Shown here: one piece after another, positions 48,628 through 59,570 of the stretch
How the letters are laid out: each line of letters starts with the position of its first letter
Numbering within the stretch: the stretch's first letter is position 1
Assembly: GCA_002269645.1 (NCBI GenBank)
Contig: NIVC01001953.1
Location: 154,838-218,837 of the forward strand
Reading direction: 5' to 3'
DNA: 64,000 nt
From: Macrostomum lignano
Lineage: Eukaryota
Translations under genes and position numbers: made by a program
Notes under the pieces: generated by a model
Told to the model about the DNA's origin: nothing
The model's database searches: none
Seen by the model: the letters and a program-made list of their open reading frames with translations, nothing else

Positions 48628-49876
48628 AGAGACGCAGCTTGGCTGGCAACATCTGCAACTGGGCATATTTTTCTGTCAATATTAATGCGATGATAAGCTT
48701 TCGCATTACATTTCTGTACTGGTGTTAAATGACAGTTTTCACCTGTGTCATTCGTGCGTTTTTTTCGCGCATTATTTTACCTGGACAATTCATGGACAGC
48801 TAAAGTACGAAGGAAGGACGCTAAACTCGCAATTTTTGTGATCCTCTTGGAAGGCCGGAAAGGCGTTATAGAGATATACAGTGAACCTCAGACCAACCGG
48901 ATGCTTTGCAACTTTCGAGCTGATATTCTGAACCCCAGAAGGCTCGAGACACGAGCTATCCTCGATTTAGTGCTGCAAAACTGAAACGTCGCATCTCGAC
49001 AAAATGTTTTCCACGACTGATGAAATTTTCACTAATTTCGAGAGTAGCGTCCCCTCCTGCTGCTCTGCCAACACTACCAGCTCGTATTCAAGGCTGCTTA
49101 AAAGCATTACAGTAATAAATTACCTGAATTATTCACACGCGTACGTTTGAATCGTCAATATTGAATCGGCAATATAATCGTATTTTTTTGTTTTAAATGC
49201 CTTCCCGATTTTTCGAAAAAAAGTTTTGTATTTTATCAGCGAGTTAGATGGAGATGCTTCGATCGAAGATTTCCCAAGGAAATCCGGAAATTTCGGCAAT
49301 TGCCTCCTCCAACTGCGCACCAGCCGTCGCTACGGACGTATACGGATCCGGAAATCGCCGAAAAGTGATAAAACATTTTCGCATTTCATTTTGCGCGCAA
49401 TACGCCATGCCCACGGGAATCAGAGGAGCCAGTTAGAAATTTCCGAATGAGATAAAGCAGTAAACACGCAGGACAAAAGCATTTTTCCAAGTCTTGGCAA
49501 CAGACTAAGTGAATAATATCCCGAGTGTACTTTTAGCTCAAACGCTGGTTGAGCGAATCCAACTCGTTGGGGAAAGTTTTTGCATTATAAAGCTTTTGTA
49601 AAAGGTATAAAAGGCAAATTTACGAAGTAATCTATGGAGTATGAGCAGTAATTCATATCTAAAGCTGAGGAAAAAGTCGTTTTAATTGAGTGAGTTATCG
49701 ATTTTAAACAAAGCCGAGGTCTAGGTAGAGCTCCTGATGAGCTGGTATTGTTAAACATGGCTAAATAAATACATAAATAATAAAATAATTTACAAGTTTA
49801 CTTAAATTAACAAGTAACGCGCATGCTAGTCGTCCGTGGTTCGAATCGATTTACTAACCTTGAAGAAAAAATCTCT

Positions 49877-51155
49877 CTACCGACGCCAGTACCCGCCGCC
49901 CGCGCCGTTGCTGCCTCCGCCCCAGAATGACGGCGGCGCCTGCCTGAGCTGCTGCTGCCGCTGGTACCGCTGGCTGTTGAGCTCCATGACGTTCGCAGCC
50001 GACTGGTGCCGCCGCCGCTGCTGCTGGTGCTGGTGCTGGTAGCTCTGCTCGGCCCGGAGAGATGACGGCGAAGTTGGCAGCAGGAGACGCCGTCTGACTG
50101 CGCCGGGCGTCGACGTGGAGGCCGCAATGGTAGCCGTCCGCCGGCAGGTCGCGGCCAGATGAGGACTCGACGTGAACACGAAGCGGCTGGCGCTGCCCAG
50201 GTCCTGGATGCCCCGGCCGATGGGCCGCATTGTGGTGATCTCCACCTCCTCGTACACCTCCGAAGGTTTGAAGGTTGCCGTCCGCTGCGTGCAGGCGAAC
50301 TCAAACGGCGGCTCCGAGTTGCCGCGCCGGCGACGTCGCGGATCTTCGGCCGCGGCCAGTGAGTCGCTGCTGCCACCGCCGAAGCCGGCCGCGCAGCTGC
50401 GACCGTCGGAGGTGAACAGTCGGCCCCGTCGAATGCTGGCCATGGCCTGGTCCAGGCACCGCTCCAGGTCGCTGAGCCGCGTGTCCAGCCCGCCGCTGTC
50501 CTGCTTCCGGTGCTGCACAACAATTCGCGCCTGACGCTGATGTTGCTGTATCTGCTTCTGTTGCTTCTGCTGCTGCTGCTGCTGCTGCCTCCGCCTGGCT
50601 TCCTGGCGCCGAATGCCAGCCACGCGGACTCGGTCGCGCCAGTCAGTCGGCCCGTGCAGCCGGGCCGCCGAGTCCACGTAGAACAGGCGGTCGGCCCGAT
50701 GCCGGAAACTGACGTCGGTTCGGGCGGCCCAGCCGGCGTCCTCCGGGCGGATGTTGCTGACGGTCAGCTCGCTGCAGTGCACCGTCGTGTTGGCCGCCAT
50801 TGCGCCCCGGCAGCTGGCCATGTCGGAGCTGTCCAGGTCGTCCGTCACGGGGCTGCCCAACGAGGAGGAACGTGAGGTGTCGCCGCGGTCGTTCACGGCG
50901 TCAAGCTGATGCTCCCTGAGGGCGGTGGTCTTTTCTACAGTGCGCACGGGGCCGCCGAGCTGGCGGGCGAGCACAGAGGTGACGGTCCCGCAGCAGGAGG
51001 CCACGTTGCTGTCCTGCTGGCGGTGCCGGGCCTCCATGCGTCGCGGGGCGAGCCGAATAGCAAAGTGGCTTGGCCGAGCTGCTTACTGCGTGCGCCAGTC
51101 GAAGCAGGAGAGGCTGCGGAGTGGCAGGCAGGACGGGGTTGCCCTGCTGGGCCAT
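49877..51155 (-). CDS. Hypothetical Q/R/S-rich protein with no recognised domain: 386-aa ORF from ATG 51037, or about 402 aa with a 70-nt intron (51155-51087 + 51016-49877)
   Basis: 1.16-kb stop-free GC-rich ORF with poly-Q and codon style like the real exons here. An upstream GCCATGG at 51155 followed by a phase-0 GCA|GTAAGC donor and a phase-0 CCGCCAG acceptor gives a two-exon model. Confidence 0.65.
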
Positions 51156-51717
51156 GGCTAGATATTGGGCTGCAGCAGCTGTTTTGCAACAGCTTTGCTA
51201 GCAAATTCGAACAGCCAACCCGTGCAGCCTCCGCTCGGCCGGAGCCTCTCTTTCCATCCGCCTGTGCCTGCCTTCGTCGATTGCCTCCCGTGCAGCCATC
51301 GCAGGTGAAAGCTAGACGAAAACGGAGGGTTCAGAGGGATCGGCCTCCCGTCGCTGGCGCCATTCTTGGCCCGAGTTACGCCGCAAAACTGAAGTACGGA
51401 GGCATAGTACGCCACGCTGCGCTGCCTGTGCGCGAATTCGCACAGCCATCCCTTTCTCTCTCTCTGTCCCCTGTTCCCAAACCCAGGCGGCTTGCAATAT
51501 CCATGGAGTGATTTTTATGCCCGCCGGGAATCAAGAATAAAGTCCTTAAGCCAGCGGTCCATCGCTAGCACTTTGCGCACCAGAAATGTCTTCTCCCCCC
51601 TCTCCGTTTCGCCCTCCCGGTGGTTCGTTTCGCCATCTAGAAGTAGCGGCAGCAGCGGCCAGTTCGCGGCATAGCAAGCTAGTTGGGAATAATCAGGAAT
51701 TCCGCGCTGCAATTTCC

Positions 51718-52965
51718 TCACTTCCCTACTTCCCTACTTCCCTACTTCCCTACTTCCCTACTTCCCTACTTCCCCACTTCCCTATTTTCCTACTTCCCCA
51801 CTTCCCTACTTCCCCACTTCCCTACTTCCCCACTTCCCTACTTCCCCACTTCCCTACTTCCCCACTTCCCTACTTCCCCACTTCCTTACTTCCCCACTTC
51901 CTTACTTCCCCACTTCCTTACTTCCCCACTTCCTTACTTCCCCACTTCCCTACTTCCCTACTTCCCCACTTCCCCACTTCCCTACTTCCCCACTTCCTCA
52001 CTTCCCCACTTTCCTACTTCCCTACTTCCCCACTTCCCTATTTTCCTACTTCCCCACTTCCCTACTTCCCCACTTCCCCACTTCCCTACTTCCCCACTTC
52101 CCTACTTCCCCACTTCCCTACTTCCCCACTTCCCTACTTCCCCACTTCCTCACTTCCCCACTTCCTTACTTCCCTACTTCCCCACTTCCCTATTTTCCTA
52201 CTTCCCCACTTCCCTACTTCCCCACTTCCCCACTTCCCCACTTCCCTACTTCCCCACTTCCCTACTTCCCCACTTCCCTACTTCCCCCACTTCCTTACTT
52301 CCCCACTTCCTTACTTCCCCACTTCCCTACTTCCCTACTTCCCCACTTCCCTATTTTCCTACTTCCCCACTTCCCTACTTCCCCACTTCCTCACTTCCCC
52401 ACTTTCCTACTTCCCTACTTCCCCACTTCCCTATTTTCCTACTTCCCCACTTCCCTACTTCCCCACTTCCCCACTTCCCTACTTCCCCACTTCCCTACTT
52501 CCCCACTTCCCTACTTCCCCACTTCCCTACTTCCCCACTTCCCTACTTCCCCACTTCCTTACTTCCCCACTTCCCCACTTCCTTACTTCCCTACTTCCCC
52601 ACTTCCCTATTTTCCTACTTCCCCACTTCCCTACTTCCCCACTTCCCCACTTCCCCACTTCCCTACTTCCCCACTTCCCTACTTCCCCACTTCCCTACTT
52701 CCCTACTTCCCCACTTCCTTACTTCCCCACTTCCCTACTTCCCCACTTCCTTACTTCCCCACTTCCCTACTTCCCCACTTCCTTACTTCCCCACTTCCCT
52801 ACTTCCCCACTTCCTTACTTCCCCACTTCCTTACTTCCCCACTTCCCTACTTCCCCACTTCCTTACTTCCCCACTTCCCTACTTCCCCACTTCCCTACTT
52901 CTTCCCTACTTCCCTACTTCCCCACTCCCCTACTTCCCCACTTCCTCACTTTCCTTACTTATCTA
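51718..52965. repeat. ACTTCCC(T/C)-based 8/9-bp satellite, 1.25 kb
   Basis: Mixed ACTTCCCT / ACTTCCCC / ACTTCCTT units; G-rich opposite strand. Confidence 0.95.
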
Positions 52966-53317
52966 CTTCCTCTCTTCCCCACTTTCGTGCTCACATACTC
53001 CACTAAAAGCAAATTATCCAACGAAAGTTTTTAATTTGCCCGCTTATTTTTCAATCTCTCGGGTAGGTCTAAGGCCCTGAAAGCAGGCTCTTATGCGTCA
53101 GTTGAAAGCAATGGCTACATTTTGCTATCCAAATTTCGGGTCGGCTTTGCGCCCCCCCCCCCCCCGAATTTGCGCCCTCCTTCTCCATATGCGTACTTAC
53201 TAAATCTAGGTCTTACTGTATGTTAATAAGTGTAACAGCCATGGTCTGAACAGTTCATTATGCATTTTTATTTTTAGAAAAAAACTCTGTACAAAATACT
53301 GATTTGTTTAATTATCA

Positions 53318-53449
53318 GGTAGTGTGTCCAGAACTGCAGTAGGGTAGTGTGTCCAGAACTGCAGGAGGGTAGTGTGTCCAGAACTGCAGTAGGGTAGTGT
53401 GTCCAGAACTGCAGTAGGGTAGTGTGTCCAGAACTGCAGGAGGGTAGTG
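53318..53449. repeat. 25-bp minisatellite GTAGTGTGTCCAGAACTGCAGKAGG
   Basis: About 5 copies. Confidence 0.9.
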
Positions 53450-54651
53450 CTGAGGTATAAATCACAATCTCTATTACTCATACTGAATCTCTTGTACTTC
53501 TAAGCAGACACACCGTATCAGAATTCGTAGAGCCGCTGACATTCACAGAAAGATTGCGAAGGAAATCCTGCGCCAGTTTTCAATGCTTGCTGTCCTCAGT
53601 TTATGGCTGGCTAGAATAAGCTCCTGAATCAAGATTATTCAGCAATGGCAGGTGGAGGCTGTGCTTGTTTAAGACTTTCTGGGGCAACAGCTGTTTCAAT
53701 GTTACCAGTAGCTGGAAGGCTGCGTGTGACACGAACCAATTTTATTGTGCTGCCTTGTATCTCGTCGAACTTTCAATGCTTCATCGATTTGCCTGCCGAT
53801 TAGGCAACCCAGCCGCTATAGAAGCAACCCTGACCTTTGCAGACTTGGTTCATTTTGGTTTGGCTTAATTCTGAAATATGCTGGATCTGTGCGACGCACC
53901 TGATTCCAAGTAATCATTGAAAACTATACAGATTACTATACTAATAGTAATCTCCTTCTAGGACTTCAGAAGCTGGACATCAACTAAGCACCGGAACGGA
54001 GTCATCCCATCGACATTCCCTCACTTGGGCTCCTAGGGGGTGAAGGCTAGTAATACGCTCGTATTATGAGTACTGGCGGTTCCGTTCTAGAGTCTTAAGC
54101 TAGCATGAAATCATCATCATGAAGGCATCATGAAGGCATTTCATCGCTTCAATCTACTGGGAGAAACCGTTTTGGTCTACTGGAGTGTTCCTGTGCTCAA
54201 GTTGGCATCCTTTCACATTACCTTACCTCAGATGCCTCATACTCGTAGAGCCATTTAAACCCTAAAGATCAAACGCAAAAGATCAACTTTGGCCTTGTTC
54301 GAATTATTGTACTGAAAAGACATGCGATATGCACAGTGCAAGTATGAATTTGAAGTCACCCGTGGTCAAAGTAGGTAGCTGCAAATTTGAAAAGAGAGTA
54401 AAAAGACTGGAATGTCATAGCGGAGATAGTCAATGTGCATTAGCGTAGACTTCACGGCATAAATTGTTGCAACTGAAAATTCGACTTGGGCGACGCGAAA
54501 CTTTCTCGATCTTCTTATCATTTCCCGGCGCAATCATAGAGGCCTTAAAAACTGAGCAGAGTTTTGCTCTGAAAAAAAAAATTTCGTAAGCGTAAAGATT
54601 TTTTTCAGGCACATTCGCGCGGGAAACAACCGGCACATGTTGCATTAAGAT

Positions 54652-57600
54652 ATGCGGGATCGAGGACTTCAGTGGCAGCTACTGCTGATCCTGGCCTGGC
54701 TGGCCTGCCTGGGCCACGCCAAGCTGAACGTCACCTTCCAGCCCCACCCGATCATCGTCAAGACCGAAGGTCAATTTTCTGTGAACGTGACCGTGATGGT
54801 GAACGCATCTGACCCGGCAGTACCCGAGGGAGTTCTTCGCTTCTCTATGAAGGATACGAGAGTTGCTCGGCTGCCGATGTCCAACGAGACATCCTATCCG
54901 TGGTCGGGGAACTCTAGCCTCAGGGAAGAGCACCGATTTCAGCTCACCATCCAGGGCGTGAGGCTCGGCTGGAGCGACCTGTTGATCTCCTTCGATACGA
55001 ATGCGACAAAGAACTCCGAGCTGGACTACCTGATCAGCGACAGACAGCAAGTGACGGTCTTGCGGGACTCCTCGACAATTCAGAACATTTACCGCGGCAT
55101 TCTCATCACTTTGGTCGTACTGCTAGTGATTGGAATGGGTTCCGCTATCGACTTGCGCATAGTGCTCAAGCTGCTCAAGCGGCCAGTGGGTCTCGCTGTG
55201 GGCTGGTTCACACAGTTCATTCTCATGCCCCATGTGAGCTTATACTGTCATTTGAAAGTTCTAAACTCCTGGCATGTGAAAAATTTAGGCTACAAGACGT
55301 AGGCATCCCACGTTTCTAAGTACTTGCGCAAATGGAAAGCCAGTAGAAAAAAATTAATGAACACGAAAATTTTGCACATACGAACTTTTTTGGACCAGTG
55401 TACTAGCCACACAATATGACTCTGCTAGCTGAAACAAACTGGCTCAAACCATCACCGAAAGCTTCATCGTCTCGAACTATCAACTGATGTTCCGTGCGTA
55501 ACATTTCTCGTCGGGGAACTTCCATTAGACAACTAAAGGCTGTTCAGTCCAAGGACTGGGGGTCGCCACACACACCCTCAATTACCCCAGCTAATGCCGG
55601 TACCATTTGGATACCAGCTGGATGAACTGAAGCAATGCGAGTTGAGTGTCTTGCTCTTGAAAAATTGACAGCTCGGTCTCGCAGTCGGTCAGCTGCTTCT
55701 GCTGGCAGTCAACGATCTGGACAATGCCGAAGCGTTCGCCTTCGGTATTCTAACACTGTCCTGCTCTCCTGGAGGCGGAAACAGCAACATGTGGACCCTA
55801 CTGTTTGACGGCGATCTCGACCTCAGCATGACCATGACATTCGTCAGTCAGATTTCAGCAATGTGTGAGTAACTCAATCACCTTGTCACCGTGGATCTTC
55901 AAGTTGAGCTGCAGGTCTTTGTGATGAACTATTTTCTGGTTTTGAATCAGTGATTCCCAAAATGGTATCCTGTTTTTTACACTAATGCAAACATATTTTG
56001 AGGGTCTCATGTCTGAATAACCTTCTTAGCTGAGGTGTTACTTAATCTGTCTAAGCCAAGTAGTCACTTAGGCAAACTAAAACGAAAGTAAAACATGCCT
56101 TATATGGGAACCCAGGATGCTAAACAACACTTTTATTCGAACGCAAGAAGCCTAGGGTTCAAACGAAATCAAATTTTACCGAAGCAGTTTTAGCAAGGAA
56201 GGACTACAAGAAGTTACGGTTGTATCGAGACGTAACACTAGCGTTCTAGGAGAATTCATCGATTTAAAATTATTGATGGTTAATTTATCGGTAGCTTCCA
56301 GCGCAACTTGGCTCTTTGGCTCAATTAACCTCTCACGAAAATTGCAGTCATGATGCCTCTCTGGCTGTTTGCGTACAGCAGATTTTACATCGACAACGAG
56401 GCTCTGGTCCCGTACGACCAGGTGGCGCTGAACCTGCTGCAGCTAGTCATCCCGGTGGCTATTGGAGTTATCATCAAGCTCAAATGGCCCAAAGTTGCCC
56501 TCCGTATTACCCGCATTGTCAAGCCGTTCGCCCTTTTGTTCGTTCTGTTTGTAGTCGGCTTCGGTTCTTACGTCAACCTGTTCCTGTTCGAGCTGATTGG
56601 TAAGCTGTGCACACCTTCATGAATGCTAGCTGTATAGTCCATGGGGTGTTGTACGAGCGTATATGAATAATTTATCTACTGTGCTCCGAAATGTCAGCTG
56701 ACTTTAAGCTTTGAGTCAAGCGCCCTTTGATCTCATATAATTTTTTTAGTACATGTATAAGTTCGAAGTTGGCTGATCTCATATCTGCATAGCCTTATAG
56801 TTTCTGTCACGACGAACAACCGACGTATCCAAGCAGCGAGTGCACGAATTCAGACACCAGTTGCTGCCAGTGCAGTGCATGTAGATTGCGGCACGACATT
56901 TTCACTGTTTTCACTGTTATTACTGATAACAGTTTGTTTTGAAATTTGGAACTTTTACTTCGTTTAAATTCTATGCAAGAGCAATTTCCAGCATGGCCCT
57001 GATTAGTGCCATGCTGGAAAGGGACTGAGGCAAGTGATGTGTTAATACATTGTAGGAGGACGGAAAATTCGTTTCTTAGAAAAGTTTTTGGAAGCTGTGT
57101 TGGCCGAAAAATACACTACTGAGATGAGAAGTTTCCAATCTCGGTAAAAAAATAGCGATACTTTTTATGTGAAGCACATCAAACTCTCATAATTTAGCAT
57201 AACTTGTCTGTGATATTGATCCTGTGACTTCTTGTTAAACTTTTTTGCGAGACTTACATAAAAAACGTTATAAAATTCCGAAGAGTTCCTATATCAGTAG
57301 TGTATTTTTTGCACACATCTAGCCCCAAAGTATTTTCTAAGAAATGACGTTTAAATTTCTACTAAAATCTTCTTGGTAAAAGTTCAAATGTCCAGAAGCA
57401 CCTCACTCGGACCAAGACGAACAGTGTCGTGTTGCCTGCTATCATACCATAGTTGCAGACAAGACCCAGGACGTACGTACTAAGAATTTAAAAAAACTTC
57501 ATGATGAATCAGAAGCCAAGCAAATAAGCTCTCTACTTTGGTTTTTCGTTTTTACCATCACCCTGAGTTTCATCATCACTCGCAAAATCGAGTCTGCCGA

Positions 57601-58128
57601 ATAGTTTTCTTTAAGAAGCGACTACCTGACCCGATCTTGTTGAACTTTCCAGTCCAAATCCCCATCATCATTCCGTTCGCGGCGCTCGTGCCCTGGCTTG
57701 GATTCCTGTTCGGATTTGTTGTCACCCTACTGCTGCAGCTCGGCCGCAAGCAGGCCGTGGCCATCGCCCTGGAGACCGGCATCCAGAATGTCGGCATCCC
57801 CATCCTGGTGCTGCAGTTCTCCATGCCGCAGCCAGACGGCAGTCTCGCAGCCATCGTGCCGCTCATCGTGGCCTTCGTTGACCCCGTGCCGCTGTACTTT
57901 CTGCTCGCTGGCAAACGGATTCGCGAGCGTATTCGAAGAAAAACTCACTACAACACTGAGGGCAAGGCGCAGCAGGCTGACGTGGAAGTTGCCGGGCTGG
58001 AAGGCGACGGTGATGGCGTCAAGGCCGCTGGTCTGAAAAGCGGCAACGCGGTGGATCTGTCCGAGTACGGCCAGGTTCAGCGCGTCCATGTTGCCGAAAC
58101 CACATCAGTAGCTTCTAAGGAAAACTGA
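54652..58128 (+). CDS. SLC10A: SLC10A family Na+/bile-acid cotransporter (P3/ASBT-like), copy 1, about 500 aa; exons 54652-55233, 55672-55864, 56348-56599, 57653-58128
   Basis: Signal peptide plus extracellular domain, then RPVGLAVGWFTQFILMP, SCSPGGGNSNMW...GDLDLSMTMT, MMPLWL, QLVIPV, ALETGIQN motifs. Exons sum to 1503 nt with compatible phases. Confidence 0.92.
55584..55656 (+). mobile_element. Remnant resembling a conserved SINE central domain (Deu/Nin type) in SLC10A copy-1 intron 1
   Basis: CCCCAGCTAATGCCGGTACCATTTGGATACCAGCTGGATGAACTGAAGCAATGCGAGTTGAGTGTCTTGCTC resembles the GCCGGTACCCATTT..CTGGGTG.AC.G.AGCAA..AAGTGTCTTGC core of widespread invertebrate SINEs, recalled from memory. Confidence 0.35.
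57053..57363. mobile_element. Decayed relative of the 12393-13090 MITE family in SLC10A copy-1 intron 3
   Basis: TAGGAGGACGGAAAATTCGTTTCTTAGAAAAGTTTTTGGAAG...GAAAAATACACTAC aligns with the MITE left arm. The inverse motif GTAGTGTATTTTT...TTTTCTAAGAAA sits at the right end. No TSD found. Confidence 0.65.
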
Positions 58129-58549
58129 CGCTGGTTGTTCAATGAAAACGAATATTCTTTTTTACCATTTTACCTTGAGATTCAGTCAGTATTTTGCACT
58201 ATGCACTGCACCTTTACGTCCGATGTACTGTATGTATAGGAAATCATTGCTCTGACTTCCCGCTATCAGTCTATTACGAGCGTATTTTGTGATAAAAACG
58301 GTTCATAAAGTGTAAAAAAATACTGAAGGATTTTTAAAGCAAAATAAAACTCTGGACTTCATAAGACCGATACTTCAGTCGGCCTTACCTTAAACAATGG
58401 CAAATTTTTTTGTAGAGGAAAGCGTTAGCTTAATTGAGTTTGACAGAAACTCAAACTGAACGGTGAACAGTCATATTCGTCATGTAAACCAACTGCGTGG
58501 GTTTATTAGCATCAACGCTTGAATTTTTTAAATATTTAGCTACTTTGAC

Positions 58550-58968
58550 TCAGCTGCCGGGGGCTCCGGGCATCCGGATACAGCGGGGAGGCGTCGCCGC
58601 CCATTCCGCTACCCCTTGGCGACCACGGGCAGCTCAGGGAGATCCGGTGTTGCTGGTGTACGCAGCACCGTCTCCCTCCAGAGAGTTCAGGAGGTGAATG
58701 GTCGCTCGCCCGGTAGCCCTCAGGTTGCGGACGAGCTAGCCTGAAAACCTCCGCAAGGTCCGGGTTTGGGCCGAGGTAGGTGAGCCTGTCCTAAGTAAAG
58801 GCGGGGCATTCACAGATGAAGGGCATTCCTCGCTACCGATTTTCACTGGAGTTGACGATGCCTGGCAAAACAGCCATGTTCCGAGCGAGCCCATGGTCAC
58901 CGGCCTGATGTCCCTGTGGTTGAGTCCAAGCAGGGCTCTGCGAATGGCGGGGAAAATACAATACAATA
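58550..58968 (+). mobile_element. GC-rich structured island between the SLC10A paralogues, probable non-LTR retroelement/SINE fragment
   Basis: Abrupt GC-rich 420-bp block in AT-rich DNA, a strong hairpin at 58637-58676, CCTCAGGTTGCGGA (RTE 5'-UTR-like from memory) and an AATACAATACAATA simple-repeat tail. Confidence 0.35.
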
Positions 58969-59570
58969 TTTAGCTACAGAATGGGATATGCGTCTCGCTG
59001 CTGCTGCGATGCTGCAGGTGTGAGAGTGAGTTATAAGTCTCTGTGTGTTTTGTACGCTTTGTAACTTCAAGAAAGTTAGCCCGGTTCATTAAAAATTTAA
59101 AATCTTTTTTAACCAGAACGATTTTGTTTTTCAGTTCAACGCCTGTATCTCGCGTCTCGCCCTGACAAATCAAAACAATTAAAAATGTCAATTGAATCAG
59201 ACTCTTCACACCGAAAACGAACACAGTCCACACTGTATATTTCGTGCGCTAGAATGCGGTGGTACATACAGATATGCATTTTCTCTGTCAGAAAAGCGAA
59301 AGCAACAAAAGTTTTCTACTTATCTGATATGAAATAATATTAAAAATGTTAGAGAGAAGGACAGATTAGAATGTTCACTGAGGCTGAGAAACACTTTCTC
59401 ATTCTCCTATCGCTATTTGAAGACGTGCCTAAGCAACAACCAGGGCCAGGCAAAGGTGGGGGAGCATTCTCAATTTGAGCAAGGCTCTATTTAAGTTCAA
59501 GCCTGTGGTTAAGAAATTTTCTTAAGAGAAGCCAAAGCTTTGAGACGGCAACTCGGCACAGGCCTAGCAC

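Noticed and set aside
49807-51511. Overlapping ORFs on both strands and other frames around the orphan gene; likewise antisense ORFs over ABCG2, SLC10A, ABCC and the RNF13 last exon
   Set aside because: Typical shadow ORFs of GC-rich coding sequence.
58550-58800. Possible 7SL/SRP RNA (starts GCCGGG)
   Set aside because: No recognisable helix-8 motif (CAGG..GNRA..AGCAG) or Alu-domain UGU(NR) motif.
58827-58834. TCCTCGCT identical to the HDV ribozyme L3 loop
   Set aside because: The flanking triplets CAT/ACC cannot form P3, and no P1/P1.1 partner was found.
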